This document shows positions 60,876 through 64,000 of a stretch of DNA of 64,000 bases, one piece after another. The stretch is from Fimicolochytrium jonesii (lineage: Eukaryota): NCBI RefSeq assembly GCF_025526975.1, contig NW_026515669.1, forward strand, positions 372,001-436,000, in the 5' to 3' direction. The position numbers and the translations under genes are program-made. The first letter of the stretch is position 1. Every line of letters begins with the position of its first letter. Below the pieces are notes generated by a model, which ran no database searches, was not told the DNA's origin, and saw only the letters and a list, made by a program, of their open reading frames with translations.

Positions 60876-61218
60876 TTTGGTGGCGAGGGTGTGGTGGGGG
60901 TGTTGGGGGTTGAGGGGATCCTGGAGTGTGTCAACTCCCGCAATTCTGCTGGATATCGGCAATTCCCAGGAGGAGGAATTCTCGCGAGCGACGGAGGGAT
61001 GGCAACGAAGAAAAAAGGCAGCCAATTCAACAGGCGAGAGTCCACGTGACTGTGCAATTTAACTTGCCTCCTCGCTTACTCAGCGGGGTTGTTGCGCGTT
61101 GAGGAGTTTTTGGATTCAGCTCCTCACGTTGATATACTGTACGTAGCAAACCATCAGAACGTCTGTAGGGTCAACGTATCAGGGCTCAGCAAACCTTCCA
61201 GTCCTATCCACGGTCGTC

Positions 61219-63392
61219 ATGCCCAAATACCTCGTACATTTCGCCCAACTGCACGCGGACTTTCGGCTGCCAGGTATGCCCAATTTGACGTCGAACATTG
61301 GACTTTCAACCTCACCAGTGGTATTATGCTGACTTCCTCTTTACCCTCTACCGTTGATAGAGCTGGACTCCTTGGCTGTCCTTGAAAATGTGAAGTTGAC
61401 GTACGAGAAGAGCGCTTATTCAGACGAGGTACATATCTGCCTTCGAAAGAGGGGCAACGTGGTTGGGACCAAAAGACAGCGTGGAGAGGGGAGGGGCGGT
61501 GGAGGAAGCAGAGAGATGCTGCCCTAGGGCGGAATTGCGCTTGAGCGGTTCAGAGCAACAGCCGGTCGATGGCCAGTACCTGGGAGGGGTTTGGGATTTA
61601 GCCGTCGGCTCGAAGAAAGCAGAATTTGCTCTGATACATCTTTTCGAATTATCAGCATCCCTTCCTTGTAGTCGAATGCGAAAGCGATGACGAAGCACGA
61701 AAGCTGATTCGGAGGTCTATCCTAACAAAGTAAGACCAACGACCATATCGCACATCGGGAGAAGGACTGGAGTCTCACCAATGCTCCCCGCGTACATAGG
61801 CAGATCATCAGACTGGTTGCAACGGCGCCCACCTACGACGAAGTGCTGGAAGTCGCGAAGCGCTCTACGGATCTCATCGTGAGTGTTGCTCATTCCGCAC
61901 GGGCCGTGCGGCGACGACCTTCTACTGACCACCCTTCCCTACCAGGACGAGTGCCGCGGAAAGTCCTTCAAATTCGAGCTTGACGCCTTTGGCCGTACCT
62001 TCGACCAAGAAACACAGATTGCGCGGATAGAGCCGTTCTGCTTCCTTCCCTGTGGAGATGTAAATCTGAAGAACCCGGAAATCACTCTTGCATACATTGA
62101 GGATTACGGACACAGTGAGACCGCAGCGGCTAGGAATCCGGAGAGAGCGTTCTTTGGCGTACTTGTGGGGAGGGGAGATAGAGGGACGGTGACGAAGTAT
62201 GATTTGAAGAAGCGGCAGTACCTTGGGACAACGTCGATGGACGCGGAGTTGTCGCTCGTGATGGCGAACCAGGCGTTGGTGAGTCTCTATCCTCCCGACG
62301 CCCGTCTCACGCGTCTCGATCTCTCACACCTTCCCCCTTAGGTGCGCGCAGGTAGCTTTGTCCTAGACCCCTTCGTCGGCACGGGCAGTTTCTTGGTCAC
62401 ATGTGCACATTACGGGTGCTTCACGATGGGAACAGACATTGATGGGCGGCAGATACGAGGAAAAGGTCCGTTTGCGCAAAATTCCAAAGTTGTTGGCGCG
62501 GACTGCAGGCGGCGCACGTTCTGATCAGTTCAGTGAACACAGGCGAGCGCAGCATCCGGTCAAATGTTGAACAGTATAAGCTTGGTGGACGGGTACTCGA
62601 CACCGTTGTTGCTGACATTGGTAAGCAACTCGGCTGATCTGGATTGGGTACTGGGACATGAGAACTGACTGGATCGGGACAGCGCATCACCCATGGAGAG
62701 CAACGCAGTTGTGGGATGCTATTGTTTGCGATGTAGGCTTCGTGACGGTTCCCGCTGCGACTTTGAGAAGTCTGCCAACTAATTTCTTTCTCGTTCGCCA
62801 GCCACCATACGGCGTCAGAGCTGGCGCAAAGAAGCTGGGGTTTAATGCGAATGCGAAGCCGCCACCAGGAGTAGACGGGCCCCTCCCAGCTCTGAAAAAG
62901 TGAGGATCCCGTCTGTTATAGCATCAATTGTCGTTATAAGTCAACTGACATTGCAATGTTGAACAGAAACGGCGAGCTTCGGTACCCCTCAACCATCCCA
63001 TACGAGATGCACGATGTCATCGTAGACCTGATAGATTTCGCAGCCGTGCATCTCGTCCCTGGAGGACGGCTAGTGTACTGGCTGCCGACGATCGTCGATG
63101 AGTAAGTCCTCAAAGCCTCTCCCGGTTTGACTATTTCGCGAACACTCATCTCCATTGCTCATGCAGATACAGCCCAGACGACCTGCCCCTCCACCCACAA
63201 TTCAAACTGGTATCCAATAGCGCGCAGGTATTCGGCAAATGGTGTCGCCGGCTGGTGACGATGGAGAAGCTGCATGATGCGGGGTCGCTAGAGACGGGTG
63301 AGTGTCAAAACGCGGCCCTGGCGGAGGCTGCTTCGGCCAACCCGGCGCATGCGAAGTTTAGGGAGGTTTACTTTGGCGATGGGAGGACGTGA
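61219..63392 (+). CDS. TRM11: tRNA (guanine-10-N2)-methyltransferase Trm11, spliced
   Basis: MPKYLVHFAQLHADFRL; YDLKKRQYLGTTSMDAELSL; DPFVGTGS; GTDIDGR; D|PPYGVRAGAK. Confidence 0.93.
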
Positions 63393-63625
63393 GATTTACG
63401 GGCCGGGGGTCTGCGGCGGGTTCGTGGATTGGATTGGAAGGATTCAGGCTTTGGGAAGGTCGTGGCCGCATAACTTATCACGTAGTATATAGCATCTCTG
63501 GCAGTAGCGCACGGTATCTAGACGTCCCATAGACAGATACCATGGTATGGATTCCCTCTGGTATATCACAACGGATGTACATCACGAGTGCATACAGGCG
63601 TTTTTGGTCAGAGATCATGGATACA

Positions 63626-64000
63626 TCAGCGCGCGGGCGGAATGGCCATAATCTTGATGATCTGCTGATTCATCTCGTCCATGAGTTCCGTAACCTGTTT
63701 CGCGAGGGGCTTGTAATCGCTCTCGGCGTTTTTGGTCGCAATGTCTGCGGGTTCGAGAACGGATCAGTCCACATTTCAATCAATGGGTCAGACGAATGCG
63801 CAACAACGTACATTCTTTCAAATGGAAATTCGTCCCCTCTATATGCCTCAACCGCTGCTCCAGCGCCGCCAACTGCGTCGCCGTGTCGTTCTCATGCAGC
63901 GAGGCCTTCTTGGCGTCGTGCGTCGCGGAGAGATGTTGCTGCACCTCCTCGCGGAGTGTGTCGCGGATGATCAAGAGCTGGTCCCGCTCTTTCTCGTTTC
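63626..64000 (-). CDS. IFT74: Intraflagellar transport protein 74, C-terminus (runs off the window)
   Basis: L.ENDT..QL..LEQRL.HIE..NF.LKE|...KTAESDYKP..KQV matches the IFT74 C-terminus. Confidence 0.8.

Overview
Eukaryotic DNA with short GT-AG introns, probably from a flagellated early-diverging fungus (chytrid-like): it has IFT74 plus fungal-type tricalbin, ERG26 and CDC14. Bases 1-36.8 kb are a nest of transposons whose junctions can be resolved by LTR pairs and target-site duplications (TSDs). An intron-containing, possibly P-like DNA transposase gene was hit by Ty3/Gypsy element A (696-33998). A contains a solo LTR, a truncated reverse element C, and Ty1/Copia element B (9832-30615). B contains Gypsy element D (15154-29522), and D contains a young Tf1-like chromovirus E (19498-25375). 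Removing the nested inserts shows unusual cargo. A carries a DIRS/phage-type DNA N6-adenine methyltransferase ahead of the protease, a chromodomain, and a separate 3' ORF with a PHD finger plus a TET/JBP-like 2OG-Fe(II) dioxygenase, i.e. a possible self-contained epigenetic writer/reader/eraser kit. D has an ExoIII/APE1-type AP endonuclease fused in frame between protease and RT. B is a Copia with a chromodomain and an antisense ORF containing a histone-H3-tail-like motif. Bases 37.5-64 kb are a compact block of housekeeping genes plus a Tc1/mariner-type MITE. All domain calls come from motif recognition by eye; no searches were run.
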